NCBI GenBank assembly: GCA_000002445.1
Contig: CH464491.1
Location: 5,197,802-5,261,801 of the forward strand
DNA from: Trypanosoma brucei
Lineage: Eukaryota
Length of the DNA stretch: 64,000 nt
Reading direction: 5' to 3'
In this document: piece after piece, positions 25,108 through 35,368 of the stretch
Layout: every line of letters begins with the position of its first letter
How positions within the stretch are numbered: position 1 is the first letter of the stretch
The notes under the pieces: generated by a model
Seen by the model: the letters and a program-made list of their open reading frames with translations, nothing else
What the model was told of the DNA's origin: nothing
Databases searched by the model: none
Translations under genes and position numbers: made by a program

Positions 25108-25123
25108 GTGTTAAAATATATCA
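25108..25123 (-). promoter_or_regulatory. Exact VSG 3'UTR 16-mer TGATATATTTTAACAC (seen on plus as gtgttaaaatatatca), 35 nt downstream of the VSG stop.
   Basis: Exact 16/16 match to the conserved VSG mRNA stability element. Degenerate versions follow other VSG ends: 2283-2298, 12976-12991, 22731-22746, 24306-24321, 27909-27924, about 31000-31014, about 34371-34384 and 42470-42485. Confidence 0.8.
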
Positions 25124-25157
25124 AACAGCAAATTTTTTACGTATAGGGGAAATTCTT

Positions 25158-26687
25158 TTAGAAAACCATGGCCACAAATGCAGAAACAATCATGGCGAAT
25201 TGTTTGTTTGCTATAATAGAGGAATTTTTGCACTCTTTTCCATCCCATTTACAGTCAGGAGATTTGAAATCTTTCTCCGGTTTCCATTTACATTTATTTT
25301 CTGTTGTTTTAGCCGGTCCTTTTTGAGGTTGTGTTACAGGGACACCATTTGCTGTGGCTTTCGTTGCATTATATTTGCACCTTTTTGTACCATCGCTTTC
25401 TTTTTCATAACTGCATTCATTTTCTTTGTTGCATGTCTCTTCCGTAACTATTTGATTGCATTTGTTAGTCGGCTGAGTCCCCTGGTCGCCTTTGCGGTTG
25501 ACATTGTCGCTGCTTGTCTGACCGGCTGTTGGAGGTGCGGTCTTCTGTAGCAGTGCTGCCGCATAGGCTTTATTTTTGGCCACAGCAAGTTGCTGTTCGA
25601 GTGCCGTCGCTTCTGCGATTGCTTTTTCTTGCTGGCGCAGATCGTCGTGGAGAGCTAGCAACTTCTGGGCCCAGGGGATCGCCGCAAAATCCTTGGTGGG
25701 CGTCCCGTCATAGCCAGCGTACTTTATGCATATTCCTTGTGTTTTGTCGCCGTTGCAGCTGCTTCCTGTTTTGAGAGCCCCCATGTAGGCGTTGGCGCCT
25801 ACTCTTCTTATTAGGTTTTTGATCTTGGTTATGAGACCCATTAATAGGCTGGATGTTAGGTGCGTTTTTGCTGGGCCGGCGCAGTGCTTTACTATTTCCT
25901 CGAATCCGTCCTTGGTCATGGCGTTGGTGATCGATGTCCACTTGTGAGTATCTGCCTGGTTTCTTGCGCACACTTTTTCTGCTTGGGCGTTGTCTTGGCC
26001 GCAGATACAGTAAATAGCGCCTGCGATTGTTGTTGTTTTAGCTTCGCTGCCTAGCCCGACGCAGATCGCTTCCCTTGCTTGTGTGTTCAGACCGTCATAG
26101 TTTCTCGTTGGCTCAAAGTCTGGTGGTGCCTCTTGTTTGACGCCGTATATAGCTTCGTTTAGCGCCGCTTTAACGGTGGCCGCTGTATGCTTTTTGCCTA
26201 CGTTCTCTTTTTCGGCGATTTGTTGTGTTAGGAATTGTGCTTCTGCTGCTATTTGTGCTACACTTGCTTTGGCCCCTGCCCTTTCTATTGGGTTTAAGGT
26301 TTCGAAGCCGCTGCTTTTTATCTCTGCTGCCGTTCCTTGGTCGGCTAACCTGGCCGCGGCGGCGGCCCACTTTGGCCAACTTTTTTTCCAGTGGCCAGGG
26401 TCTGCTGTGCCTGCCGGAAGCTCTTTTATCCACTCTTTTTTCGCCCCGTCCTTACTGAACCGCTTCTGCCACGACTCATCTGCTAAGCTCATGTTAAGGG
26501 CTAGAACGGCCCCTTCTAGGGCAGCTGTCTGATCCGGAAATTGGTTAATGGTTATGTCCGATCGTGAAAGATCGACAATAGCGCACAATGCACCAAATTC
26601 CTGCTCGTTTGCTCCTGCCGGTATGTTGCCTCTTGCTTGCTCTGCCGTTAGTGCTAAGGCCAGCAGCGCCGTCGCTTGGGGCGTCAT
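25158..26687 (-). CDS. VSG: Intact VSG of 509 aa with an A-type N-terminal domain.
   Basis: N-terminus MTPQATALLALALTAEQARGNIPAGANEQEFGALCAIVDLSRS...LNMSLADESW...; C-terminus ...CKWDGKECKNSSIIANKQFAMIVSAFVAMVF*. An exact 16-mer sits in the 3'UTR and a 70-bp repeat lies upstream at 27668-27740. Confidence 0.9.
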   Translation of the reverse strand: MTPQATALLALALTAEQARGNIPAGANEQEFGALCAIVDLSRSDITINQFPDQTAALEGAVLALNMSLADESWQKRFSKDGAKKEWIKELPAGTADPGHWKKSWPKWAAAAARLADQGTAAEIKSSGFETLNPIERAGAKASVAQIAAEAQFLTQQIAEKENVGKKHTAATVKAALNEAIYGVKQEAPPDFEPTRNYDGLNTQAREAICVGLGSEAKTTTIAGAIYCICGQDNAQAEKVCARNQADTHKWTSITNAMTKDGFEEIVKHCAGPAKTHLTSSLLMGLITKIKNLIRRVGANAYMGALKTGSSCNGDKTQGICIKYAGYDGTPTKDFAAIPWAQKLLALHDDLRQQEKAIAEATALEQQLAVAKNKAYAAALLQKTAPPTAGQTSSDNVNRKGDQGTQPTNKCNQIVTEETCNKENECSYEKESDGTKRCKYNATKATANGVPVTQPQKGPAKTTENKCKWKPEKDFKSPDCKWDGKECKNSSIIANKQFAMIVSAFVAMVF

Positions 26688-27667
26688 TTAGGCTTTCGTT
26701 TTTTGTTTTACCTGCTTTACAGTTGTCCTCGGCGTAGTTGTTCGCCGCTATACTTGGTTAAAAGTTGTTTACTGCCGCTTGCAGGTGCTTTCACCGGAAC
26801 TTTCTTGTGCAATCTACGAAACACAGAAGAAAAGCAATTATGATTGGTCGTGTTTTTAGCTACAAGCCCTATTTAGAGCATCCTGTTCCAAAGCCGTATG
26901 AAGTTGTTGGTCTGCCATGTCAAATGGCATTTTGGTATCTGCTTAGCTGAAGTTAGTGGCTCGCGTGGTGTTGTCGTCTATGGTCTGGTCGTTGCCGTCC
27001 GCCGCGGTGTTAAGGTGTGTGTGCGGTCCTGCTACGGTGTCTTGTGTTGTTACTTGTATGCACTCGTTTCGAAATGACGATAAATAGTCGGTGGTTACGT
27101 TCCTTCTTATTTTAGTAGTTGTTACTGTCCTTGGGTTTGTGTCTGACACAGTCAGAAAACATCTTTGTCACCTTTTCCCCATCTACAATGTTCCATTCTC
27201 ATACCATTAAAAAAAACCACATTCAATCTATCTGTCGCCACAGACTTAGTCTTGTCGATTAAGATAGGAACTTGCCATAAATTTAAAACCCCATTCGGAA
27301 CAATTATCGATAGAGTAGCACATATTCATTTTTGTGGGAAATGTGGTGTAAAATCTCCTCTTCCTATATCATTTTTTACGTGATGAGCTACTACGTATTC
27401 TGTAGTTTTACTCTGTATTTTCTTCCCCTTTTTTCAATCTCTGTCGCTACTTGTACGAATGACATAAAAAAATTATTTAGACTGTTTACTGCATTCTGTC
27501 TATCCATATTGGCCAATCAATTATCTTCTCGTATAATGATTCCCATTGTCACGCTCATTTATGTAAATACTCACGTTCCATCTTCCTCATTATTTAACTT
27601 ATGTTACACTATTCCCATTGTTTTAAGTTCTTATATTTTTCTCATCCACTTAGTTTTCGGTGCCATA

Positions 27668-27740
27668 ATCATTATAATATTCGTATATACACTCCAAAAA
27701 CTCCCCTATTATTATCATCACCTTTATTACTATAAATTAT
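27668..27740 (-). repeat. 70-bp repeat in reverse-complement orientation.
   Basis: aatcattataatattcgtatatacactccaaaaactcccctattattatcatcacc. Confidence 0.8.
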
Positions 27741-28021
27741 AACCGTACCAAGTACCCATAAAGTAAACAAAATAAAGCAAATTGAAAAATTTCCTAGTGA
27801 CACCAATTTTTCATACGTTATCACCCTACAAAGTTTTATCCATAGACCACAGTCATACAAAAAATTAAAAATTTTCAAATTCTCTATATTTACACATTTT
27901 ATCAAAAAGTTTTAGAATGTATCAAATCGTATTAAATTTATTTATTTTTATCATAATAGCAAAATTTTGTAAATTTCACAAAATGGAACAAAAACCTTTT
28001 ACCAACAATTCTTAAAATTTG

Positions 28022-29415
28022 ATTATTTAATAAAAACTGCAAGCAAAAGAGGGGCCTTGTGAATGACAAATGAATTGCTTCCTGTGGTATTTGTGGTTCC
28101 AGTTTTTTTGTTTTCTCCCACTATTTTTCTTAGGTTTACAAGTTTCTTGTGTTTTTTCCCATCCACACTCTCCTGTGCACGCATCACCCTTTTTGTCACT
28201 GCATCCTTGGACGCCTTTGAGAGACGGTTCGCCGCTCGCTTGTGGGTCTGTTTCTATCGCCAGTCTTTTGAGTGTCTCCCTTGCTAAAGCGTCAGCAAGG
28301 TCGGTGAAAGTTTCTACGCTTGTCAGCGGCTCTGTCTTTTTTTTGCCGTCGGCGGAGATTTCGGTTTGTTTATTTCCTGGGGTCTCATACACTACTTTGT
28401 TGAAGTTTTTGCCGCCTTCGCCGTATGCTGTGGTGAGCGCCTTCTCTAAGGTTTCGGCCGGGCTTGTCTTCTTTTTTTCGTTGCCCTGTTTTTGCAATAG
28501 GGTCTTTATTGCTAGCCGCTTGAACAGTCCTGTTCCTGCTATGGTACTGTAGTCTGTAATCTTTGCTTCACACGATGTGCTCGTGTCCACTTCTTTTAGC
28601 TTCCTGAGAGCAGCGTTTAGGTTTGTTATATTATCATCAAGAAGCGCAATTTCGTTGCCAAAATCCGCGCTCCTGGTATGCGTGTTTGAATGCCAGGCGC
28701 CTGTTGTGTCTGCTACGGTGGCTGTCGTATGTGTTACGTCAATTTCAATCCAGCCGCCGTTTCTGATCGCTGCGTTATGACAGGTCTTTGGCGACGTGAC
28801 TGACGAACACTTTATTTGCGTCTTCGTCTTTAGCTTGAACTCCTTTATGTCCGGTTCGTCGCCGGCCGTTGTGTCTGTTATGTCGGCTCCCCTCTCTTCT
28901 TCTGTTGGGCCGTCGCAATTGCTTTTATCTACTTTGCCCAGTGTCTTGGTCTTTGCTGCATTTTCTTTAAAGTAGCCACTGCCGTCCGCTGTCAGCTTCA
29001 GTTGAGAAGTCGCTTTCACAAAATGTTGCATTATGGAGTAAGTTTTTCCGACCTTGGCGGCGATCCGTGCTTCCGTGTCAAATTTTTTTTGGGCGTCGTC
29101 CAGTTTTGCCTTGCATTGATCCAAGATGTCTCCGGCTGCCCCTATTACTGGCACCGCTGCTTTAGCAAGAGTCCTGTCGCCGCTTAACGTTGCTATTTGA
29201 AGTTTTAACAGTTGTTTCAAATTATCTTCTGAATTCTGTCGGGCGCTTGCTATGCGTATGTCGTAGTATTTTATTATTTTTTCCAGTCGTTCTTTGCAAT
29301 CGCATGGAGTTGAGCAGGCACCGTTTGTTTTCGCTTCGCTTATGTTTACCTGTACTAGTGTTATCAATATCCATAGCGACACCTCACCTTTATTGATGTT
29401 TCTCTTCACTCTCAT
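28022..29415 (-). pseudogene. VSG: Near-intact VSG (ORF 28027-29415, 462 aa) with a frameshift in the last 25 or so codons. The canonical GPI signal is out of frame, so it is either a pseudogene or carries a sequencing or indel error at a homopolymer.
   Basis: The ORF ends ...CKPKKNSGRKQKNWNHKYHRKQFICHSQGPSFACSFY*. The adjacent frame gives ...TTNTTGSNSFVIHKAPLLLAVFIK*, matching the intact tail NTTGNNSFVINEAPLLLADLFILLGF of the VSG at 31090. The shift maps near the run caaaaaaactgg (about 28100-28112). Confidence 0.75.
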
Positions 29416-30549
29416 TGTTCTCGCTATATTTTAGTGTATGTCTGCTATTTTATCCTGTAGGTGTAATCTGCATAGTTTTTCGTAGTGAAAGGACACATTT
29501 TAGTTGGTCTCCAGGATGTGCGTTACACGCCTACTGTTAGTGTTACCTTATCGCTGTCGCAAAAGATTATACTTTTCGACATCGGTATGAATCTTTTGCT
29601 GTGCTGGGCTAGTCTACTGTACACTCCCTCTCCTTTTGCCGTCGGACAGGTCCTTCGGGCACAAAAAGGGCAGAAGGGAACCCCCATTTTGTTCCAGTTC
29701 AACGCCACATTGATCAGCTATTGAACTCCTGTTTTCGCAGCAGTCTGCCGGCGGTGACTCCGCTGGTTGAAGCAGTGGCTACCATATCTGCTGTTCTTTA
29801 TTCTAGGTTTTGTTTTTTCCAAGCTGTTCGACAATAAGTTGTGCGGAAATGAAGAGCTTTCACTGCGAGTAACAGAACCATTAGGACAATTGCCTTGATG
29901 AACCTCTAGAATGTCTCGTTTGACTGTGTGTAGTATGCTCACTGAATTATATTCCTTTGAAAGTTGCCGCACTTCAATTCCTAATTTACGCAGTTTAATA
30001 AAATTATAACGAACTTATCAGCATAATCTATTGAAATCCTCTAGTTATGCCAGCGTTCACACAGAAAATAAATGCATGACGCTTCTACATAAATATTGCT
30101 GATTTTTGTCATTAATGTATAGCGGAATGTCCACCATCAAAAAAAAGCTACAGTAGACGTCATCATTTCTGCAGTATAATTTATTCTTTTTCCTTTAAAT
30201 ACGTGACATAACTGGCTCCCTTTATATCTTTTCCCCCTGTTACTCACTGTATTTTTAGGTGCTCTTTCATTTAATTTCGCATTTTTGTCCCTTGTCTTAT
30301 TCTGTTGAATCTGCAGATCATATAGCGAGTCCATCTATCCAGGGCACTGCATTACGTCTTTTCAGAATGTTCTCTCTGTCATCTCTTTGTATATAATGAT
30401 GTCTATTGTCATTTCTGTGGTTAAAGCTGCGCATATTACACCACCACTTTCTCCTTATTGTCTGTCAATCCCACTCACTTACTCTCATTTCCCCATTTCA
30501 TTTATTTAACTTTTACTATTTCAACAGTGCGTTTAGCATTTAGCATAAC

Positions 30550-30855
30550 TCTTATTATAATATTCGTATATACATACTCACAACACTCTCCTGTTATTAT
30601 TATTATTATCGTTATCATTATTATTATTACTGCTCTCATTATAATATTCGTATATGCAGACTCACAACACTCTCCTGTTATTATCATTATTATCGTTATC
30701 ATTATTATTATTACTGCTCTTATTATCAAATTAGTATACACGCACCTAGAACACAGCCCCACAAGCACGATAATTTTAGACGTTATTGTTGTTTATATAA
30801 GTATAGCGACCCTCTCTATCCTTATTATACTGCTATTACTATTATTATTTTGAAT
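30550..30855 (-). repeat. Three tandem 70-bp repeats in reverse-complement orientation.
   Basis: Three copies of ...attataatattcgtatatacatactcacaacactctcctgttattat..., with the third degenerate. Confidence 0.85.
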
Positions 30856-31089
30856 CTAGCTAATATCCATTGAAGAAGAAAATAAAAAAATAGAGAAAAT
30901 CATAATGGCACACATTTTATCCTTTCATCTTATTTCTTTACATCAATGCGTCACTTTTAACATATTTTACTCATTTGTACCGATTTAAACAATAAAAAAT
31001 GTTTAACTATATCATATTTCTGTAAAATCTAGAAACTTTTCTCAAAAATTTAAAATTTCATAGTTTTCCTTAAATTAAACAATAATCAC

Positions 31090-32538
31090 TTAGAAACCTA
31101 GCAATATAAACAAATCCGCAAGCAAAAGAGGGGCCTCATTAATGACAAATGAGTTGTTTCCTGTGGTATTTGTAGGTTTGGCATCATTTTCCGCTTTCAC
31201 TCCCTCTTTAAGTTTGCATTTGCCATCGCTGTGTTCGCAATCTTTATCTGCTGTACATTTACTTTTTTCTGTTTCTTCTTGGCATTTTTCTGGTGTTGGT
31301 TTAGCTTGTAGGGATGTTTCTTTGCACTCTTTGCTTGTTGGAGCTGTATATCCACTTGCTCCAATTGCTATTGTTATATGATCACTAGTTGTGATAGCGG
31401 TAATCTTGCCTTTGAAGTCTTTGCTTCCTATACTGCAAGAAAAATCAGGTTCTCTTATTTTATTCCATACCTTTTCTTTAAAGTCGCTTTCTTCTTTGCC
31501 GTAGTTTGATTCGATAAAGGTATTGATTACTTTCTGCTGCTCTTTGCTGTCCGTGTCGTATTTTTCGTTCGGGCCTTTTACGACTGCTAGTACACTGCGC
31601 CGTAGTGGCTCATTCGTTTGTGTCGTGGCCGCTTTGTCTAGGCTTGTGTACGTTGCTTTGCAGGGCTTGTTTAGGTTGAAGTTGTATAGACGCCAGTTAA
31701 GGTGGCGCTTGTGGGCTTTGAGATACGTTTTCCCGTTTTCTTCCTCGCTTGCCTTCTCTGGTTGGCTGTGGGCTGATGCTTGCATATCGATCGTGTCTCT
31801 TGTGTCTTCTTCGAGAAATTTCTTGCTTTGAGTCTTGGTTTTGTGCCTTGCCGCTTGTGCCGTGCACGCTTTCCCCTGGCCGTCGCAGTGCCCTAGGCAA
31901 ATCTGCCGGTTGCCAGGTGTCGAGTGTTCTTTTAGTTTGAAGAGGGTTAGCGTCTTGAGTGCTGATATGGCTACACCCGTTGCTGCTTTTGCTATGCTGC
32001 CGGCTTCTTTGTTAGTGCACGTATCTCCGTGTATTGTCTCGAATGTCGCCGTATCTTGTACCTTTCCGCCGGCGCTTAACGTGCTTGCTGCCGTTCCTGC
32101 AGACGAAGCCGTTGTAATTTCTGCTAGTTCTGCCACTGCCCAGTTTCTGCCTGCTTGGATATTGGCTGAGCGTGCCGCGTCGGCCGCCGCTTTGTTGCAT
32201 GTTGCGAGTCTTGAAATCAGCTTCTGCTGCTCCGCTAGTACTAGGCCTATCAGCGGGGTCAACGCAGTTGGTTTCGTGTTCCATTGAGGCAGTGCTAGTG
32301 CCGTTTCTAGTTGAAGCAGGTCTGCGTTGGCTTTTGATATTTCGTTGATGAGTTCGCTCCGTTGTTCGTCTATCGAATTTGCTAGCTGCATTATGTAAAC
32401 CGCGGCACTGCAGGCATCTCCCTGTTTGGCTTCTTGGGTGCTTTCTGCGCTGCCGTGTCTTATAATTAGTTGTGCCACCGCTGTGGCTATTAGTAAGGCT
32501 TTTGGCACACTTCGGTTGTCGCTTGCGCGTTGCAGCAT
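31090..32538 (-). CDS. VSG: Intact VSG of 482 aa.
   Basis: N-terminus MLQRASDNRSVPKALLIATAVAQLIIRHGSAESTQEAKQGDACSAAVYIMQLA; C-terminal domain Cys-rich ...CQEETEKSKCTADKDCEHSDGKCKLKEGVKAENDAKPTNTTGNNSFVINEAPLLLADLFILLGF*. Confidence 0.9.
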   Translation of the reverse strand: MLQRASDNRSVPKALLIATAVAQLIIRHGSAESTQEAKQGDACSAAVYIMQLANSIDEQRSELINEISKANADLLQLETALALPQWNTKPTALTPLIGLVLAEQQKLISRLATCNKAAADAARSANIQAGRNWAVAELAEITTASSAGTAASTLSAGGKVQDTATFETIHGDTCTNKEAGSIAKAATGVAISALKTLTLFKLKEHSTPGNRQICLGHCDGQGKACTAQAARHKTKTQSKKFLEEDTRDTIDMQASAHSQPEKASEEENGKTYLKAHKRHLNWRLYNFNLNKPCKATYTSLDKAATTQTNEPLRRSVLAVVKGPNEKYDTDSKEQQKVINTFIESNYGKEESDFKEKVWNKIREPDFSCSIGSKDFKGKITAITTSDHITIAIGASGYTAPTSKECKETSLQAKPTPEKCQEETEKSKCTADKDCEHSDGKCKLKEGVKAENDAKPTNTTGNNSFVINEAPLLLADLFILLGF

Positions 32539-34175
32539 CGTTGCTTCTTCCTAGTGATATAATTTTAGAGGGCAGAGTTCGTTGCTTTGTTTTTTGTTGT
32601 CAAGTCGCCATCGCTTGTGCAGCAACTTTCGTACTGCCGTTTGTCAGGTGAGTTCTTTTGCTCACTGACTGTTTGGTTTGTAATGGTCTGATTCAGTTTG
32701 TTTTTTTCGGTTCCTCTGTCGTCAACTTCACGCACAGCAGTGGTCGTCGTTATGCACTGCCACCGCTGGATGCAGTCACGGTCTGTGAAACAGTGCAGTG
32801 CAGTGCATACAGGTGCCGTTGTTGCCGCCTCAACAAGTATTCAGTGCAGTTTCCGCTGGATCTTCACCACCTGACTTCCAAAAAAAAAATTGTTTTGTTC
32901 CAAGGTGATCTTGCGTCGTGAGTTGAGTTGTTGCAATATCCTCTAACAAAACAATTTTGGCTTAACTACAGTTACGTTCCGTGGGGCGGTATTGCTTATT
33001 GATGTCTGTTTGCTTTTGATTGGATTTCAACCGCTTCTCCGCGCTTGATCTAGTAAAAAGATGCTGAGCAAGGTCTTTTCGGTCGTTTATTTTGGTAAAT
33101 ATGATGACGGGCGACGGGAGTCGCTGCATTATTAATGGTCTTGTCGGCCTGATGGAGCGCGTACCGCCGAGGTAGCGGAGGTTTTAGAAAGTTTATAGTC
33201 ACGTCTTTTCCACGGGTTTTATTTGCTGTTTTTTTAGCTTCGAATCGACATTGCCACCGCGTTATGCTGGGAGTCTGTCTCTCCGTGACGTTCTCTGTTT
33301 GTTTCGTTTCATTGCCATCTAAAGTCGAAAATGCCGTTGGTCATTCTATCCGATTCTATCTTATCCTCTTTTTAAAATTCTGCTGTAATTTTTTATAATC
33401 CAATTTCGAAGCGCCTACGTGTTCCACTGTTAGTTTTATTCTCTAAGTTTTGAGCGCTGTTTTGAGTGCTGTGTTTGTTGGAGAAGTTGCCAAAAAACAC
33501 GCAGTTTAACGCAAATAGTCTCCACATTTAACTCTAAAAATATACCTTTTAACACTTGTATTTAGAACACTTAATATCCCCGTAGTTAGTGGTAGCATCC
33601 TCATTGTAGTGCCAGAGTTTAGTACAGAAAAAAATTTAATTTTCTGCGGAAGCTAACTGTTATCACATGAACACTGGCATATCAGCCACAGTAAGTGATA
33701 TCTGTTGTTCCAGCGCAAGTGCACTTGTGGATGTTGAACATATTTATATGTATGCAGTGCAAATGAATCCGCTAATAAGTTTCTACTTCATGTTCCGCTT
33801 TTGAGTACTCTGTCCAGGGGGAACCCATCGAAGTCGTATACACGCCATTAGCCGTATAGCTAGTGGTGAATTTACAGGGTGATATGCCACAGTGGATATA
33901 GGAAGGGATAGCGGGCTGCACTGGAGACCGTCCCTTTAGACCAACGTGTGAATCATGGTCGCCATGTACTGGAGAACTGGGTTGAAAATAATATTCACTT
34001 AAGAGGGTTTTAGTCGGCAGTGGCTCGTTCTCGAAGGCTGATTCCAACAGCCTTATGTCATGTGTCATGGCGTTCATAAATGCATTTCTTCCTCTTCGCT
34101 GGAATATGGTGGCCACGATGGTCATCAATCTGCACCTTGAAAAAGATTTTCCAGTCGTGCTGCAACAGCACTGAC

Positions 34176-34255
34176 ACTATAATAATAGTATATACACGCA
34201 CACGACACTCTCCTATTATTATTATTTTCATTATCATAACTATTACTGATATCCA
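34176..34255 (-). repeat. 70-bp repeat in reverse-complement orientation.
   Basis: ctataataatagtatatacacgcacacgacactctcctattattattattttcatt. Confidence 0.8.
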
Positions 34256-34462
34256 TAAAAAAACAAAATAAACTAGTTTATAATAGTGCTCAATTTTCAT
34301 ACCCTCTTACTTTGTAGCTTTAAGCCACTTTCTTACTCATTTACAAATTTTTACATTTTCATTAAAAAATGTTAAAGTACTTCACATTTTAGAATTTTTA
34401 TAAATTTCTCTGAAAATAGCAAATTTGAGAATATTATAAAAATTTTCATTAACTTTAAAACA

Positions 34463-34550
34463 CCAAGGCCACAAAAGTAGCATCCATACTCAGAAACAAT
34501 TTCTTATGGACCAGGAAACTGGAATCCTGGCGCTTGCCTTCAATCCAACC
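34463..34550 (-). pseudogene. VSG: 3' end of a VSG (GPI signal and last C-terminal-domain codons), abutting the 5' end of the ingi copy.
   Basis: The reverse complement translates to ...GWIEGKRQDSSFLVHKKLFLSMDATFVALVF*, with the stop at 34463-34465. Confidence 0.75.
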
Positions 34551-34627
34551 CCCTGGCGATGCCGGCCACCTCAACGTGGTGCCAGGGTCCAGTACCCCGT
34601 ATCATCTGTGGAAGCCAAGAGCCAGCA
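34551..34627 (+). promoter_or_regulatory. Pr77-like 5' hallmark of ingi/RIME.
   Basis: Same conserved 77-nt 5' element as the copy at 4963. Confidence 0.6.
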
Positions 34628-34774
34628 GCGTTCCTTTCATGGGGAACACTGCTGTGCTCCGGCTACGGCATCATACAGCACAGGGATCAGCAGCGTCTTG
34701 CTGGGACACCGTTTTTCATTTGTCGGTCCCTGGGCACGTGCCAGCGTGCCATCAGCAGTATCATCCGCACTAAG

Positions 34775-35302
34775 ATGCTGCTGTCCGGTGATGTGGAAGA
34801 GAATCCCGGCCCATCGTTGCGCGGGATGCAGTGGAACTGCGCCGGGCTATCTCAAGAAAAGAGATTAGCACACCACAAAACCCTTGTTGATGAGCGGATC
34901 GCCTTTTGTCTGTTGAGCGAGACAAGGATGACGCCTGGAGAGGCGGCTTGCTTTAGCGTTGCTGGCTACCAACATCACGGAATAGCTCGTAACTTCAAAG
35001 GAGGTGGTGTATCAATACTAGTGAGGGGGGACCTACCAGTCGAGACCGGTATGGCCGTTGTTGGTCGCATTGAACAAGTGCATGCAACAATTCACCTTGC
35101 ACGTGGAACGGCGCTGACTGTCACGTCGGCATACATCCCACCAAAACACACCTTCACGGCAACTGACCTAGATACGCTTCTGACAACTGACGGTGCCCAG
35201 CTCATCGGTGCAGACGCTAACGCACACGCGTTGGCATGGGATCGCGCGAGCCCACCAAATACAAGGGGTGAAACCCTCACACAGTGGTGCATTGACAATT
35301 AG
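34775..35302 (+). CDS. ingi ORF, N-terminal segment: 2A-like peptide plus most of the AP endonuclease domain, ending at an in-frame TAG (35300-35302).
   Basis: MLLSGDVEENPGPSLRGMQWNCAGLSQEKRLAHHKTLVDERIAFCLLSETRMTPGEAACFSVAGYQHHGIARNFKGGGVSILVRGD.... ORF 34559 and ORF 35369 are in the same frame, so a single TAG separates them. The APE catalytic SDH motif lies just after the stop. Confidence 0.8.
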   Translation: MLLSGDVEENPGPSLRGMQWNCAGLSQEKRLAHHKTLVDERIAFCLLSETRMTPGEAACFSVAGYQHHGIARNFKGGGVSILVRGDLPVETGMAVVGRIEQVHATIHLARGTALTVTSAYIPPKHTFTATDLDTLLTTDGAQLIGADANAHALAWDRASPPNTRGETLTQWCIDN

Positions 35303-35368
35303 TTTCTGGTCTGCAACACTGGTGAGTGCACCAGGTACGCGCGCCACCACGGGGAGTCCACCCCTGAT

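Noticed and set aside
33772-34128. Minus-strand ORF of 118 aa in the unusually long (1.6 kb) spacer between the 70-bp repeat at 34176-34255 and the VSG at 31090-32538.
   Set aside because: No VSG-like or other recognisable features and an ordinary composition. It is most likely a chance ORF in the VSG upstream region, and homology could not be tested.
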